Positions 1 to 13,445 of a stretch of DNA of 64,000 bases are shown here, piece after piece (positions within the stretch are counted from its first letter, which is position 1; each line of letters opens with the position of its first letter). Source of the stretch: Macrostomum hystrix. Taxonomy: Eukaryota; Animalia; Platyhelminthes. The DNA is taken from the NCBI GenBank assembly GCA_950097015.1, contig CATNEN010000001.1, positions 12,214,001-12,278,000 on the forward strand. Reading direction: 5' to 3'. Position numbers and translations under genes: made by a program. A model generated the notes under the pieces. It searched no databases and had not been told where the DNA came from. It saw only the letters and a program-made list of their open reading frames with translations.

Positions 1-752
1 GCTACCGATGGAGAGAGAGAGAGGAAAACTCGCACTCAAAATGCCTCTCGTCATCTCATCTCTGAGCATGGGTCTGGATTTATTTCTGAGCTAGCTACTG
101 TTACTCAAGAGACCAGAAAATGAAGAGTTGGCCAGTAAAAAAGGCTTACTATATTCATGCAAGCTGAATCACCAACTATACCCTCCAGCCGTGCGCCCTA
201 AGATCAATAAACTAATTAAAGCCTGAGTGTTGCCACAATGTCACACTTTCGATCTGCCCGCCGCAACACTTATAGGGAGGGTTGGAGGGCGTTTTTATTA
301 TTCTCAAGTCAAAGTTTATTTGCTTATAAACAATTACTCATTTGAATATATTTGTTTGTGTTTGTATCATCTCTATCATTTCAAATTAATTTCAATAAGA
401 TTAGAGAGAGGAAGACAAAAGGCTAGATAGCGTGGTCATTTTTATATGTTGTGTCACAGCCTTTTAAATCTAGTCATACCCAAATACGCCACTAGGCACA
501 CACACAGCATTGCCTATTCATAAGCCCTATTGATTTTTTGTAACAAACTCCATATAGCACTAAACACTCCTCATGTCCAGATGATGTGTGACTGTGTCAA
601 GCATTATTTATTGATTATTATGAAAAACCCCAAAAAACTGCATTTGGAAAGCTATAATCACGTGGTTTAATTACTTAGACATTAGTTTCCTTCGAATCGA
701 TACTTCACTGAACGGAAAACGTTGTGTGCTACTGAAATTTAAAGGATATAAT

Positions 753-1133
753 ACTGGCATTGCTGATGGTCTAGTACTGGCATTGCTGATGGTCTAGTAT
801 TGGCATTGCTGATGGTCTAGTACTGGCATCGCTGATGGTCTAGTACTGGCATTGCTGATGGTCTAGTATTGGCATTGCTGATGGTCTAGTACTGGCATTG
901 CTGATGGTCTAGTACTGGCATTGCTGATGGTCTAGTACTGGCATTGCTGATGGTCTAGTATTGGCATTGCTGATGGTCTAGTACTGGCATTGCTGATGGT
1001 CTAGTACTGGCATTGCTGATGGTCTAGTACTGGCATTGCTGATGGTCTAGTACTGGCATTGCTGATGGTCTAGTACTGGCATTGCTGATGGTCTAGTATT
1101 GGCGTTGCTGATGGTCTAGTATTAGCATTGCTG
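753..1133. repeat. 23-bp tandem repeat (TACTGGCATTGCTGATGGTCTAG)
   Basis: About 16 near-identical head-to-tail copies with no spacers. Confidence 0.95.
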
Positions 1134-2063
1134 AAAGTCTGGATGAGAAGTGTGAGAAGAGTCGATGACATGACGTCTAGGGTCAGTTTCATTGGAGCGA
1201 AGATCCCAATATTTATTCCCACTGGCAACAGCAGCAGCGAGTTCCCAATGGACCGCAAGACGCAGTTCTGTCAAGAAGATTCTGGCCTCAGCAACAAGCC
1301 ACAGATTAGGTTGCGCATTTTGCTAGCGAACTCAAGTGCCAGCACTTGCTCAATCTCTCAGGCTAGTGACCGTATTTCAGACTGCTCAAATTCATCTCTT
1401 GCCCCACTGGTGGAGATTCTGGAGTCTGTGCCTGGCTATAGTGGGTCAGGAATTTAATTAGAAAAATAGTTGAGCTCAATGCTTCATAGTTTGAGATTGC
1501 GAATCCATCAAAAGGAAGGTCCAACCGGGACCACACCTGGCCAATTTCTCAGCCGAGAGTCGCCGCCGCCGTTCCCAAAAAACTTTCCCCATCCTCAACT
1601 GGCCGCGCATACCTCTCCAGCGTTTTCTTCCTCATCTCTCATTTCCATCCAGGGCAAAACTGGCGCTCCACTTTCTCTTATGAAAGCAGCCAACCTACCC
1701 ACCCACCCTCCCTCCAGTCTCATTTCGATTCCAATTTCATGTAGCAGTCAAGCGTGTCGCGAGACTTCGGGAAACAGCGCTAGATAATTTTTTGTTCTTA
1801 GAAATCTCATTTGACCGAAGCCGGTCAACTGGCGGCCATAGATCTGAAATTGACAGGGACATTGCTGCTGCTACAGTTTCCAGCATTGGCTAGTTTGACA
1901 GGAACACAAAGAGGCTAAACTTATAATTGATAGTTTTACAATTATGCCGCTGTTGCAACGAATGGTAACGTCCGACGTGTGGGATATGAAATCTGGTTCA
2001 ATGGGCCGTCTAAAGGATAGAAAGTGAGAAAGGCCGGTGGGAGAATCTAAAGTTCAACAATGC

Positions 2064-2370
2064 GGGTGAGAGGGGAGATACAGGGGAGGGAGAGAGGGGA
2101 GATAAAGGGGAGGGAGAGAGGGGAGATAAAGGGGAGGGAGAGAGGGGAGATAAAGGGGAGGGAGAGAGGGTGAGATACAGGGGAGGGAGAGAGGGGAGAT
2201 AAATGGGAGGGAGAGAGGGGAGATAAATGGGAGGGAGAGAGGGGAGATAAATGGGAGGGAGAGAGGAAAGATAAAAGGGGAGAGAAAAGAGGAAAGATAA
2301 AGGGGAGGCAGAGAGGGGAGATAAATGGGAGGGAGAGATGGGAGATAAAGGGGAGGCAGAGAGGGGAGAT
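2064..2370. repeat. Purine-rich ~24-bp tandem repeat (GGGGAGGGAGAGAGGGGAGATAAA)
   Basis: Visible tandem copies. Confidence 0.9.
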
Positions 2371-2990
2371 GGATTAGTTTATGGCATTGATAGCTAGATA
2401 TACACACACGAAGTTAGCTACAGTACCAACGCGTACAGTCACGCTGCAGAATCACAAGGCCAAAGCTGCGGCCTCTGAAAGAAAGCCAAACCAGAGCTGC
2501 ACTTGACTAGACAATGCCCACCCCAAAACATCTGATGGACTGCAATCGAGTGAAGTGTCTTTTATTTGGTAGCATTGAGGGACACAAGAGGGAAATGCTT
2601 TTTAATAGGAAAATAGTCATTCGTGGGCAGACTTCTAGGAAAGCGTGCTGCAGTAGAAGCGGCAGCAGCAGCAGCAGCTCCAGCTCTGCACTGGGGTGGG
2701 AAATTCGCATTTGCCAATAGAAGACACAGAAATAGAGAGTCAAGGCAGGCAGAAAATCTCTATCAGAGGAGGTTACAAGCTACAGCCTGCAAAGTCAAGT
2801 GCTTTTGTTGGCCTAAAAGGATTGCTGGCTGTTTGAAATTTTATAACAGCATCAAAACTGGAATTGTCCAACGGGGTGCTACTGGCTTGGGAAAGCTGGG
2901 ATTTGGGATTCGTGGATTTGGGAGGTGAAGAATTGGTGAAATGTTTCGAGTTTTGGGTTCAAGGTACAGTGCAAGGACAGTTATAGGCAA

Positions 2991-4469
2991 TGATACTGAG
3001 GGATCAGGCAGCAGAATCTGCCCAAAGATACCGAGGGATCAGAAACTGCCCAAAGATACTGAGGGATCAGGCAGCAGAAACTGCCCAAAGATACTGAGGG
3101 ATCAGGCAGCAGAAACTGCCCAAAGATACTGAGGGATCAGGCAGCAGAAACTGCCCAAAGATACTGAGGGATCAGGCAGCAGAAACTGCCCAAAGATACT
3201 GAGGGATCAGGCAGCAGAATCTGCCCAAAGATACTGAGGGATCAGGCAGCAGAAACTGCCCAAAGATACTGAGGGATCAGGCAGCAGAAACTGCCCAAAG
3301 ATACTGAGGGATCAGGCAGCAGAATCTGCCCAAAGATACTGAGGGATCAGGCAGCAGAATCTGCCCAAAGATACTAAGGGATCAGGCAGCAGAAACTGCC
3401 CAAAGATACTGAGGGATCAGGCAGCAGAATCTGCCCAAAGATACTGAGGGATCAGGCAGCAGAAACTGCCCAAAGATACTGAGGGATCAGGCAGCAGAAA
3501 CTGCCCAAAGATACTGAGGGATCAGGCAGCAGAATCTGCCCAAAGATACTGAGGGATCAGGCAGCAGAATCTGCCCAAAGATACTAAGGGATCAGGCAGC
3601 AGAAACTGCCCAAAGATACTGAGGGATCAGGCAGCAGAATCTTCCCAAAGATACTGAGGGATCAGGCAGCAGAAACTGCCCAAAGATACTGAGGGATCAG
3701 GCAGCAGAAACTGCCCAAAGATACTGAGGGATCAGGCAGCAGAAACTGCCCAAAGATACTGAGGGATCAGGCAGCAGAAACTGCCCAAAGATACTGAGGG
3801 ATCAGGCAGCAGAAACTGCCCAAAGATACTGAGGGATCAGGCAGCAGAAACTGCCCAAAGATACTGAGGGATCAGGCAGCAGAAACTGCCCAAAGATACT
3901 GAGGGATCAGGCAGCAGAAACTGCCCAAAGATACTGAGGGATCAGGCAGCAGAATCTGCCCAAAGATACTGAGGGATCAGGCAGCAGAATCTGCCCAAAG
4001 ATACTGAGGGATCAGGCAGCAGAAACTGCCCAAAGATACTGAGGGATCAGGCAGCAGAAACTGCCCAAAGATACTGAGGGATCAGGCAGCAGAAACTGCC
4101 CAAAGATACTGAGGGATCAGGCAGCAGAAACTGCCCAAAGATACTGAGGGATCAGGCAGCAGAAACTGCCCAAAGATACTGAGGGATCAGGCAGCAGAAA
4201 CTGCCCAAAGATACTGAGGGATCAGGCAGCAGAATCTGCCCAAAGATACTGAGGGATCAGGCAGCAGAATCTGCCCAAAGATACTGAGGGATCAGGCAGC
4301 AGAAACTGCCCAAAGATACTGAGGGATCAGGCAGCAGAAACTGCCCAAAGATACTGAGGGATCAGGCAGCAGAAACTGCCCAAAGATACTGAGGGATCAG
4401 GCAGCAGAAACTGCCCAAAGATACTGAGGGATCAGGCAGCAGAAACTGCCCAAAGATACTGAGGGATCA
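2991..4469. repeat. 35-bp minisatellite (GATACTGAGGGATCAGGCAGCAGAAACTGCCCAAA)
   Basis: About 42 copies; each unit has an internal GGCAG...CTGCC inverted repeat; no spacers. Confidence 0.95.
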
Positions 4470-4926
4470 AAAATGAAGCCAGAGTTGGCGTGGGCCATGT
4501 GTGATTTTTATAGCTTACAGGCATTTCGAATTTCCTGCTATAAATTCTATTTTATTCAGCTGTGGTATTACCGAATAGCAGCAAAGTGTAGCTTAATTGT
4601 TTACATTAGAAACACTAAGCAGCAGCACCAGCAACACTGCTATAAAGTTCTTTGAAAGAGATCTTTGTCGGCATATTTTTCTTGCAGCTTTCATTTGCTT
4701 CTGTTTCTGACAGGAGTTTGGGATCAAAATCCCGGGGGTGTTTTGACTGCAGAGGTGGCAATTTGGAATCCACACTGAAACTCGATACTTTGTCCCAGAT
4801 TTTTATAACTCTTTATAAAGAGCGGAGACGCTGGTGAAATATTGAACGGAAAATGCTCGGTGCAAATCGTCAATGTTTTTTTTTAATTTTCCGATAGCAT
4901 ATTATTATTCGCTCTGTTTGTTGCAG

Positions 4927-5025
4927 ATTCTGCCAGGCATCTTCAGCTTCAAGCATCGGCGACTGGCCAGAAGATCGGCGTCACCCAGCGGGCGAAGTCA
5001 GCAGAGACTCAAGACCGACAGTTTA
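4927..5025 (+). CDS. Furin-like proprotein convertase, prodomain exon (first exon found; 5' exon not identified)
   Basis: ttgcag|ATT...TTA|gtgagt; ILPGIFSFKHRRLARRSASPSGRSQQRLKTDSL parallels the furin prodomain segment before VxWxEQQ. Confidence 0.85.
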
Positions 5026-5074
5026 GTGAGTGAGAACGAAACTCAGTTCATGCCGACACTGTCAGGTTAGCCAA

Positions 5075-5495
5075 CCCTTTCTCTCCCTTCCTCTCTCCCT
5101 TCCTCTCTCCCTTCCTCTCTCCCTTTCTCTCTCCCTTCCTCTCCCCCTTTCTCTTTCCCTTTCTCTCTCCCTTTCTCTCTCCCTTCCTCTCTACCTTTCT
5201 CTCTCCCTTCCTCTCTACCTTCCTCTCTCGCTTCCTCTCTCCCTTTCTCTCTCCCTTTCTCTCTCCCTTCCTCTCTCCCTTTCTCTCTCCCTTTCTTTCT
5301 CTCTCCCTTCCTCTCTCCCTTTCTCTCTCCCTATCTCTCTCCCTTTCTCTCTCCCTTCCCCTCTCCCTTCCTCTCTCCCTTCCTCTCTCCCTTCCTCTCT
5401 CCCTTTCTCTCTCCCTTCCTCTCTCCCTTTCTCTCTCCCTTTCTCTCTCCCTTCCTCTCTACCTTCCTCTCTCGCTTCCTCTCTCCACTCTTGTT
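5075..5495. repeat. CT-rich low-complexity repeat
   Basis: (CCCTTTCTCTCT)n-like. Confidence 0.9.
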
Positions 5496-5809
5496 CCTCT
5501 CTAAGCAGTTGATCCCATTGTCCCATCAGATCTGCGGATTGAGTCAGTTCTGGGAATCGATGATCGAATTCCCTTATCGACACGCTGTCATAGCCGAACG
5601 AGCACGATGCACAAAAAACATACGCACCCAGACACAAAACTCCGGCACCAATGGGACCAACAGAGATGACAGATAAGGAGTAAGAAAACAATTAGGCATA
5701 GAGACTTCACCAACCCTGTCTATTCATGAATGATGGCGTGGCCTAGGCTATCGAAACTAGACATTTTTTACTTTATGAGACTCAGTTAAAACTGAAATTT
5801 GAACTGGTT

Positions 5810-5975
5810 AGGGAGGCTGCGTACGACTGTTCAGTCCATGGACTGTGTTGAAGCCACACCCATACTCAATTACTTCAGCTGATCAAGGACACGAACTGTT
5901 CCAGTGTAGTCTGGAATCGAACCCCCGACCTCCAAGCCATGAGTCTGGCAAGCTTCATCCCTATGTTACGACCGT
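5810..5975 (-). mobile_element. tRNA-derived SINE family A, diverged copy with internal deletion
   Basis: Reverse complement aligns to 30391-30610 (GGTCGGGGGTTCGATTCC B-box; GGGTGTGGC...CAGTCCxTGGACTGAACAG..GTACGCAGCC) but lacks ~60 nt of the CORE segment. Confidence 0.75.
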
Positions 5976-6165
5976 GATGTTATTTAAGATAGTTTTCCAG
6001 GCACAGATACATTGGTACAGTGAAGTATGTAGACACATGCAATACATATTTTATGACCCAGCGTTGGATCCTAGTGGGGCCAGAACTAGCCTTAGACATT
6101 GGTAAGGGGCATTGAATAAAAACTTCATCCTTATCGCTGAGATTGTCCGCCTGAATCAATGAGGT

Positions 6166-6173
6166 TTGTGTGT

Positions 6174-6210
<37 letters not shown>

Positions 6211-6281
6211 TGTGTGTGTGTGTGAGTGTGTGTGTGTGTGAGTGTGTGTGTGTGTGTGTGTGAGTGTGCGTGTGTGTGCGT
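6166..6281. repeat. (TG)n microsatellite
   Basis: Direct observation. Confidence 0.95.
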
Positions 6282-6753
6282 CCTCAGATTTCGCAATGCG
6301 AGGCAGCCAGATGATGAGCTAGTTAAGGCAGGCGATTTTCTATTTCAGGGAAGATTAAAAAAACTGGCTGCATTATTTTTCAAACGATAAAGAACAGTGA
6401 TGGACTGCTCATTCAGAAACTCGTTCGGGGTCTCCTTGCGTCTGTTCTCGAGTGATTTGGATAGTTAGCTACACTGCGGCCCTGCAATTATTGTACAAGG
6501 CTGCAGCGAAACGGGTTCAGAGATTTCTTATTTAGATATTTTTTTTTCTTAATCGCAAAACGCACTCAAGCAAGCAAGCGCTGTAGCAACAGAAGCTGCA
6601 GCGGCTTAGGCGACTGCTAACTGGAGCAGAAATTTGGCAATTCTTCTGCTCGGAGAGATAATATATTAAAGTAATTAGACAGAATGTACTCGAAAATAAT
6701 GGAAAAAGTGCAGTTGAGAATGGAAAATGAGAGGAGAGGAAAGGAATTAAGAC

Positions 6754-7480
6754 TTCTCCTCTCCCCTCCTCTCCTCTCCCCTCCGCTACTCTCCCCTCCT
6801 CTACTCTCCCCTCCTCTACTCTCACCTCCTCTACTCTCCCCTCCGCTACTCTCCCCTACTGTACTCTCCCCTCCGCTACTCTCCTTTCTCTCCTCTCCCC
6901 TCCGCTACTCTCCCCTCCTCTACTCTCCCCTCCTCTACTCTCACCTCCTCTACTCTCCCCTCCGCTACTCTCCCCTACTGTACTCTCCCCTCCGCTACTC
7001 TCCTTTCTCTCCTCTCCCCTCCTCTACTCTCCCCTCCGCTACTCTCCCTTCTCTCCTCTCGACTCCTCTACTCTCCCCTCCGCTACTCTCCCTTCTCTCC
7101 TCTCGACTCCTCTACTCTCCCCTCCGCTACTCTCCCTTCTCTCCTCTCGACTCCTCTACTCTCCCCTCCGCTACTCTCCCTTCTCTCCTCTCCCCTCCTC
7201 TACTCTCCCCTCTTCTCCTCTCCCCTACTGTACTCTCCCTTCTCTCCTCTCGACTCCTCTACTCTCCCCTCCGCTACTCTCCCTTCTCTCCTCTCGACTC
7301 CTCTACTCTCCCCTCCGCTACTCTCCCTTCTCTCCTCTCCCCTCCTCACATCTCCCCTCTTCTTCTCCCCCCTCATCTAATCTCCCCTCCTCTACTCTCC
7401 CCTCCTCTCCTCTCACCTCCTGTCCTCTTCCCTACTTTCTCCTCCTGTCCTCTCTTCTCTTCTCTACTACTCTCCTCTTC
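6754..7480. repeat. Pyrimidine-rich 15-bp-based repeat (CTCCCCTCCTCTACT)
   Basis: Direct observation. Confidence 0.9.
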
Positions 7481-7941
7481 ATTTCTCAAATCTCCAGGTA
7501 TCCTATCTCCAGGAGCAGAGCAGCTCACAAAAAGATATTTAAAGCCATATGTCAGAGCAAATGCACTGGAAAAGTGGGCGCCTAGCATAAAGCTAGGGTT
7601 GAGGAGAGTCGAGCAGATCAAGGATGAGAACACCACACAGAAGGCCATCCTCCCGGCCCCCTGCTTGACTGTAAGCACGGAGATTTTCACGCCCGGATTG
7701 TTGCTGAGCCGACCATAAAAAAGGAAATCCGACAGTCGCAACCCGCTTGACACAGGCGGGCCGGTGCTTCTCAGTCACACAGGATGCTCGCTGCTGCTTA
7801 GTGTCCCCAGTGCTCACTGCATGAGCATATACGAGTAGGATTAGGTCAGGCAGAAATCGTAAAAATTTCTAGGCTGTGTAGCGCAACTGTATATATTCGT
7901 AAATTGTCGGAGTGATTTTTTACTTATAACATCTCATTGGG

Positions 7942-8072
7942 ATGAGATTCTCTTATGAGATTCTCTATGAGATTCTCTATGAGATTCTCTATGAGATTCT
8001 CTATGAGATTCTTTATTGAGATTCTCTATGATATTCTCTATGAGATTCTTTATTGAGATTCTCTATGAGATT
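7942..8072. repeat. 12-bp tandem repeat (ATGAGATTCTCT)
   Basis: Direct observation. Confidence 0.85.
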
Positions 8073-8336
8073 TTTGACAATATTCTTTAAAGGATGGTTA
8101 AACTTTTATGAGAATCTCTCGACGAAGCACCTAGTAGAAATCGTGCACAAGAACGATGCAAAGCCTAGGGGTAAGCCCATTACTGTAATCTTAGTTAAAG
8201 ATCTTTAGTTTAAATTTTCCTGTTTCTTAGAAAACAGCCCTCAAGTCCCGCGGGAAAGTTTAATTAGCCCCGTTATATAATATAAAACAGCGTAGGACGG
8301 GGGCGATATAGTTTTACTCGAATCATTTACCAAATG

Positions 8337-11300
8337 TTCTGTAATTCTCTGTCACTCTGTAATTCTCTGTCACTCTGTAACTCTCTGTCACTCTGTAATT
8401 CTCTGTCAGTCTGTAATTCTCTGTCACTCTGTAATTCTCTGTCAGTCTGTAATTCTCTGTCACTCTGTAATTCTCTGTCAGTCATTTATTCTCTCACTCT
8501 GTAATTCTCTGTCAGTCTGTAATTCTCTGTCACTCTGTAATTCTCTGTCAGTCTGTAACTCTCTGTCAGTCTGTAATTCTCTGTCAGTCTGTAATTCTCT
8601 GTCAGTCTGTAATTCTCTGTCACTCTGTAATTCTCTGTCAGTCTGTAATTCTCTGTCAGTCTGTAATTCTCTGTCACTCTGTAATTCTCTGTCACTCTGT
8701 AATTCTCTGTCAGTCTGTAATTCTCTGTCACTCTGTAATTCTCTGTCAGTCTGTAATTCTCTGTCACTCTGTAATTCTCTGTCAGTCTGTAATTCTCTGT
8801 CACTCTGTAATTCTCTGTCAGTCTGTAACTCTCTGTCACTCTGTAATTCTCTGTCACTCTGTAATTCTCTGTCACTCTGTAATTCTCTGTCAGTCTGTAA
8901 TTCTCTGTCAGTCTGTAACTCTGTCACTCTGTAATTCTCTGTCACTCTGTAATTCTCTGTCACTCTGTAACTCTCTGTCACTCTGTAATTCTCTGTCACT
9001 CTGTAATTCTCTGTCAGTCTGTAATTCTCTGTCAGTCTGTAACTCTGTCACTCTGTAATTCTCTGTCACTCTGTAATTCTCTGTCACTCTGTAATTCTCT
9101 GTCACTCTGTAACTCTGTCACTCTGTAATTCTCTGTCACTCTGTAATTCTCGTCACTCTGTAATTCTCGTCACTCTGTAATTCTCTGTCAGTCTGTAATT
9201 CTCTGTCACTCTGTAACTCTGTCACTCTGTAATTCTCTGTCAGTCTGTAATTCTCTGTCAGTCTGTAATTCTCTGTCACTCTGTAACTCTGTCACTCTGT
9301 AATTCTCGTCACTCTGTAATTCTCTGTCAGTCTGTAATTCTCTGTCACTCTGTAATTCTCTGTCAGTCTGTAATTCTCTGTCACTCAGTAATTCTCTGTC
9401 ACTCTGTAACTCTCTGTCACTCTGTAATTCTCTGTCACTCTGTAATTGTCTGTCACTCTGTAACTCTGTCACTCTGTTATTCTCGTCACTCTGTAATTCT
9501 CTGTCACTCTGTAATTCTCGTCACTCTGTAATTCTCTGTCAGTCTGTAATTCTCTGTCACTCTGTAATTCTCTGTCACTCTGTTATTCTCTGTCACTCTG
9601 TAATTCTCTGTCACTCTGTAATTGTCTGTCACTCTGTAACTCTCGTCACTCTGTTATTCTCGTCACTCTGTAATTCTCTGTCACTCTGTAATTCTCGTCA
9701 CTCTGTAATTCTCTGTCAGTCTGTAATTCTCTGTCACTCTGTAATTCTCTGTCACTCTGTTATTCTCTGTCACTCTGTAATTCTCTGTCACTCTGTAACT
9801 CTGTCACTCTGTAATTCTCTGTCACTCTGTAACTCTGTCACTCTGTAATTCTCTGTCACTCTGTAATTCTCTGTCACTCTGTAACTCTGTCACTCTGTAA
9901 TTCTCTGTCACTCTGTAACTCTGTCACTCTGTTATTCTCGTCACTCTGTAATTCTCTGTCAGTCTGTAATTCTCTGTCACTCTGTAATTCTCGTCACTCT
10001 GTAATTCTCTGTCAGTCTGTAATTCTCTGTCACTCTGTAATTCTCTGTCACTCTGTAATTCTCTGTCACTCTGTAATTCTCTGTCACTCTGTAATTCTCT
10101 GTCACTCTGTAATTCTCTGTCAGTCTGTAACTCTCTGTCAGTCTGTAATTCTCTGTCAGTCTGTAATTCTCTGTCACTCTGTAATTCTCTGTCACTCTGT
10201 AATTCTCTGTCAGTCTGTAACTCTCTGTCAGTCTGTAATTCTCTGTCAGTCTGTAATTCTCTGTCACTCTGTAATTCTCTGTCACTCTGTAATTCTCTGT
10301 CACTCTGTAACTCTGTCACTCTGTAATTCTCTGTCACTCTGTAACTCTGTCACTCTGTAATTCTCTGTCACTCTGTAACTCTTTGTCACTCTGTAATTCT
10401 CTGTCACTCTGTAACTCTTTGTCACTCTGTAATTCTCTGTCACTCTGTAACTCTTTGTCACTCTGTAATTCTCTGTCACTCTGTAATTCTCTGTCACTCT
10501 GTAATTCTCTGTCACTCTGTAATTCTCTGTCACTCTGTAATTCTCTGTCAGTCTGTAACTCTCTGTCAGTCTGTAATTCTCTGTCAGTCTGTAATTCTCT
10601 GTCACTCTGTAATTCTCTGTCACTCTGTAATTCTCTGTCAGTCTGTAACTCTCTGTCAGTCTGTAATTCTCTGTCACTCTGTAATTCTCTGTCAGTCTGT
10701 AATTCTCTGTCACTCTGTAATTCTCTGTCAGTCTGTAATTCTCTGTCACTCTGTAATTCTCTGTCAGTCTGTAATTCTCTGTCACTCTGTAATTCTCTGT
10801 CAGTCTGTAACTCTCTGTCAGTCTGTAATTCTCTGTCAGTCTGTAATTCTCTGTCACTCTGTAATTCTCTGTCAGTCTGTAACTCTCTGTCAGTCTGTAA
10901 TTCTCTGTCACTCTGTAATTCTCTGTCACTCTGTAATTCTCTGTCAGTCTGTAATTCTCTGTCACTCTGTAATTCTCTGTCAGTCTGTAATTCTCTGTCA
11001 CTCTGTAATTCTCTGTCAGTCTGTAATTCTCTGTCACTCTGTAATTCTCTGTCAGTCTGTAACTCTCTGTCACTCTGTAATTCTCTGTCACTCTGTAATT
11101 CTCTGTCAGTCTGTAATTCTCTGTCAGTCTGTAACTCTGTCACTCTGTAATTCTCTGTCACTCTGTAATTCTCTGTCACTCTGTAATTCTCTGTCACTCT
11201 GTAACTCTGTCACTCTGTAATTCTCTGTCACTCTGTAATTCTCGTCACTCTGTAATTCTCTGTCAGTCTGTAATTCTCTGTCACTCTGTAATTCTCTGTC

Positions 11301-12510
11301 ACTCTGTAATTCTCTGTCACTCTGTAATTCTCTGTCAGTCTGTAATTCTCTGTCACTCTGTAATTCTCTGTCACTCTGTAATTCTCTGTCACTCTGTAAT
11401 TCTCTGTCAGTCTGTAATTCTCTGTCACTCTGTAATTCTCTGTCACTCTGTAATTCTCTGTCAGTCTGTAATTCTCTGTCACTCTGTAATTCTCTGTCAG
11501 TCTGTAACTCTCTGTCAGTCTGTAAATCTCTGTCACTCTGTAATTCTCTGTCACTCTGTAATTCTCTGTCAGTCTGTAATTCTCTGTCACTCTGTAATTC
11601 TCTGTCAGTCTGTAACTCTCTGTCAGTCTGTAATTCTCTGTCACTCTGTAATTCTCTGTCAGTCTGTAATTCTCTGTCACTCTGTAATTCTCTGTCAGTC
11701 TGTAATTCTCTGTCACTCTGTAATTCTCTGTCAGTCTGTAATTCTCTGTCACTCTGTAATTCTCTGTCAGTCTGTAATTCTCTGTCACTCTGTAATTCTC
11801 TGTCAGTCTGTAACTCTCTGTCAGTCTGTAATTCTCTGTCACTCTGTAATTCTCTGTCACTCTGTAATTCTCTGTCAGTCTGTAATTCTCTGTCAGTCTG
11901 TAACTCTGTCACTCTGTAATTCTCTGTCACTCTGTAATTCTCTGTCACTCTGTAATTCTCTGTCACTCTGTAACTCTGTCACTCTGTAATTCTCTGTCAC
12001 TCTGTAATTCTCTGTCACTCTGTAACTCTCTGTCACTCTGTAATTCTCTGTCACTCTGTAACTCTCTGTCACTCTGTAATTCTCTGTCACTCTGTAATTG
12101 TCTGTCACTCTGTAACTCTGTCACTCTGTAATTCTCGTCACTCTGTAATTCTCTGTCAGTCTGTAATTCTCTGTCACTCTGTAATTCTCGTCACTCTGTA
12201 ATTCTCTGTCAGTCTGTAATTCTCTGTCACTCTGTAATTCTCTGTCACTCTGTAATTCTCTGTCACTCTGTAATTCTCTGTCACTCTGTAATTCTCTGTC
12301 ACTCTGTAATTCTCTGTCACTCTGTAACTCTGTCACTCTGTAATTCTCTGTCACTCTGTAACTCTGTCACTCTGTAATTCTCTGTCACTCTGTAACTCTT
12401 TGTCACTCTGTAATTCTCTGTCACTCTGTAACTCTTTGTCACTCTGTAATTCTCTGTCACTCTGTAACTCTTTGTCACTCTGTAATTCGCTGTCACTCTG
12501 TAACTCTCTG
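8337..12510. repeat. 18-bp minisatellite (CTCTGTCA[C/G]TCTGTAATT), ~4.2 kb
   Basis: More than 200 copies; source of the TENYRV/ELQSDR artefact ORFs. Confidence 0.97.
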
Positions 12511-12929
12511 CACTTACATTTTTCTCTATGACCACCTACATGTGTCAACTTATTCCAATAAATATTCAGTGGATACTGTGTATTCACCAGTTGGTATTCA
12601 CCAGTTGCTCCCAAATTAATAGTGATAACTCGTGTTTAGCAAGTCAAGCAGAAAAAAATATGCACTAAAATACGAGTACTAGAGGCTTTTTAGCTTCGTG
12701 TGTGTCCTTGCGTTGGCAAACACAAGGCAGACTTATACTACGCACGCTTGGTGCAGCTTACAGGCTTACAGACAAGTCCATTGTGAATCTAAAATGCAAA
12801 TAATGTGTGCGAGAATATTTCATTTATTTACAAAGATGAGAAAATGAAGGGAAATGGTTGGGCTTGAAGATTTGTTTCTCGTTAGAAAAAAACATGAATA
12901 ACTGTAACTACAGACCTACAGAACGACAA

Positions 12930-13445
12930 AGCGACAGACAATTACAGAGTGACAGAAAGTAAAACAGTGACATGGAGTTACAGAGTGACAGGAAGTAAAA
13001 CAGTGACAGGGAGTTACAGAGTGACAGGAAGTAAAACAGTGACAGGGAGTTACAGAGTGACAGGAAGTAAAACAGTGACATGGAGTTACAGAGTGACAGG
13101 AAGTAAAACAGTGACAGGGAGTTACAGAGTGACAGGAAGTAAAACAGTGACAGGGAGTTACAGAGTGACAGGAAGTAAAACAGTGACAGGGAGTTACAGA
13201 GTGACAGGAAGTAAAACAGTGACAGGGAGTTACAGAGTGACAGAAAGTAAAACAGTGACAGGGAGTTACAGAGTGACAGAAAGTAAAACAGTGACAGAGT
13301 TACAGATTTACAGAAAATTACAGTGCGACAGAGAAACACAGAAAGTAAAACAGTGACAGGGAGTTACAGAGTGACAGAAAGTAAAACAGTGACAGAGTTA
13401 CAGATTTACAGAAAATTACAGTGCGACAGAGAAACACAGAAAGTT
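12930..13445. repeat. 33-bp repeat containing the reverse complement of the 18-bp unit
   Basis: GAGTTACAGAGTGACAG is the reverse complement of CTGTCACTCTGTAACTC. Confidence 0.9.

Noticed and set aside
1128-1787. ORFs as the missing signal-peptide exon of the convertase
   Set aside because: No signal peptide or prodomain motif recognised; the first exon probably lies upstream of the window
2991-4469. 35-bp repeat with internal hairpin resembling a CRISPR repeat (likewise the 32-bp palindromic array at 51950-55810)
   Set aside because: Units are head-to-tail with no unique spacers, there are no cas genes, and the context is eukaryotic
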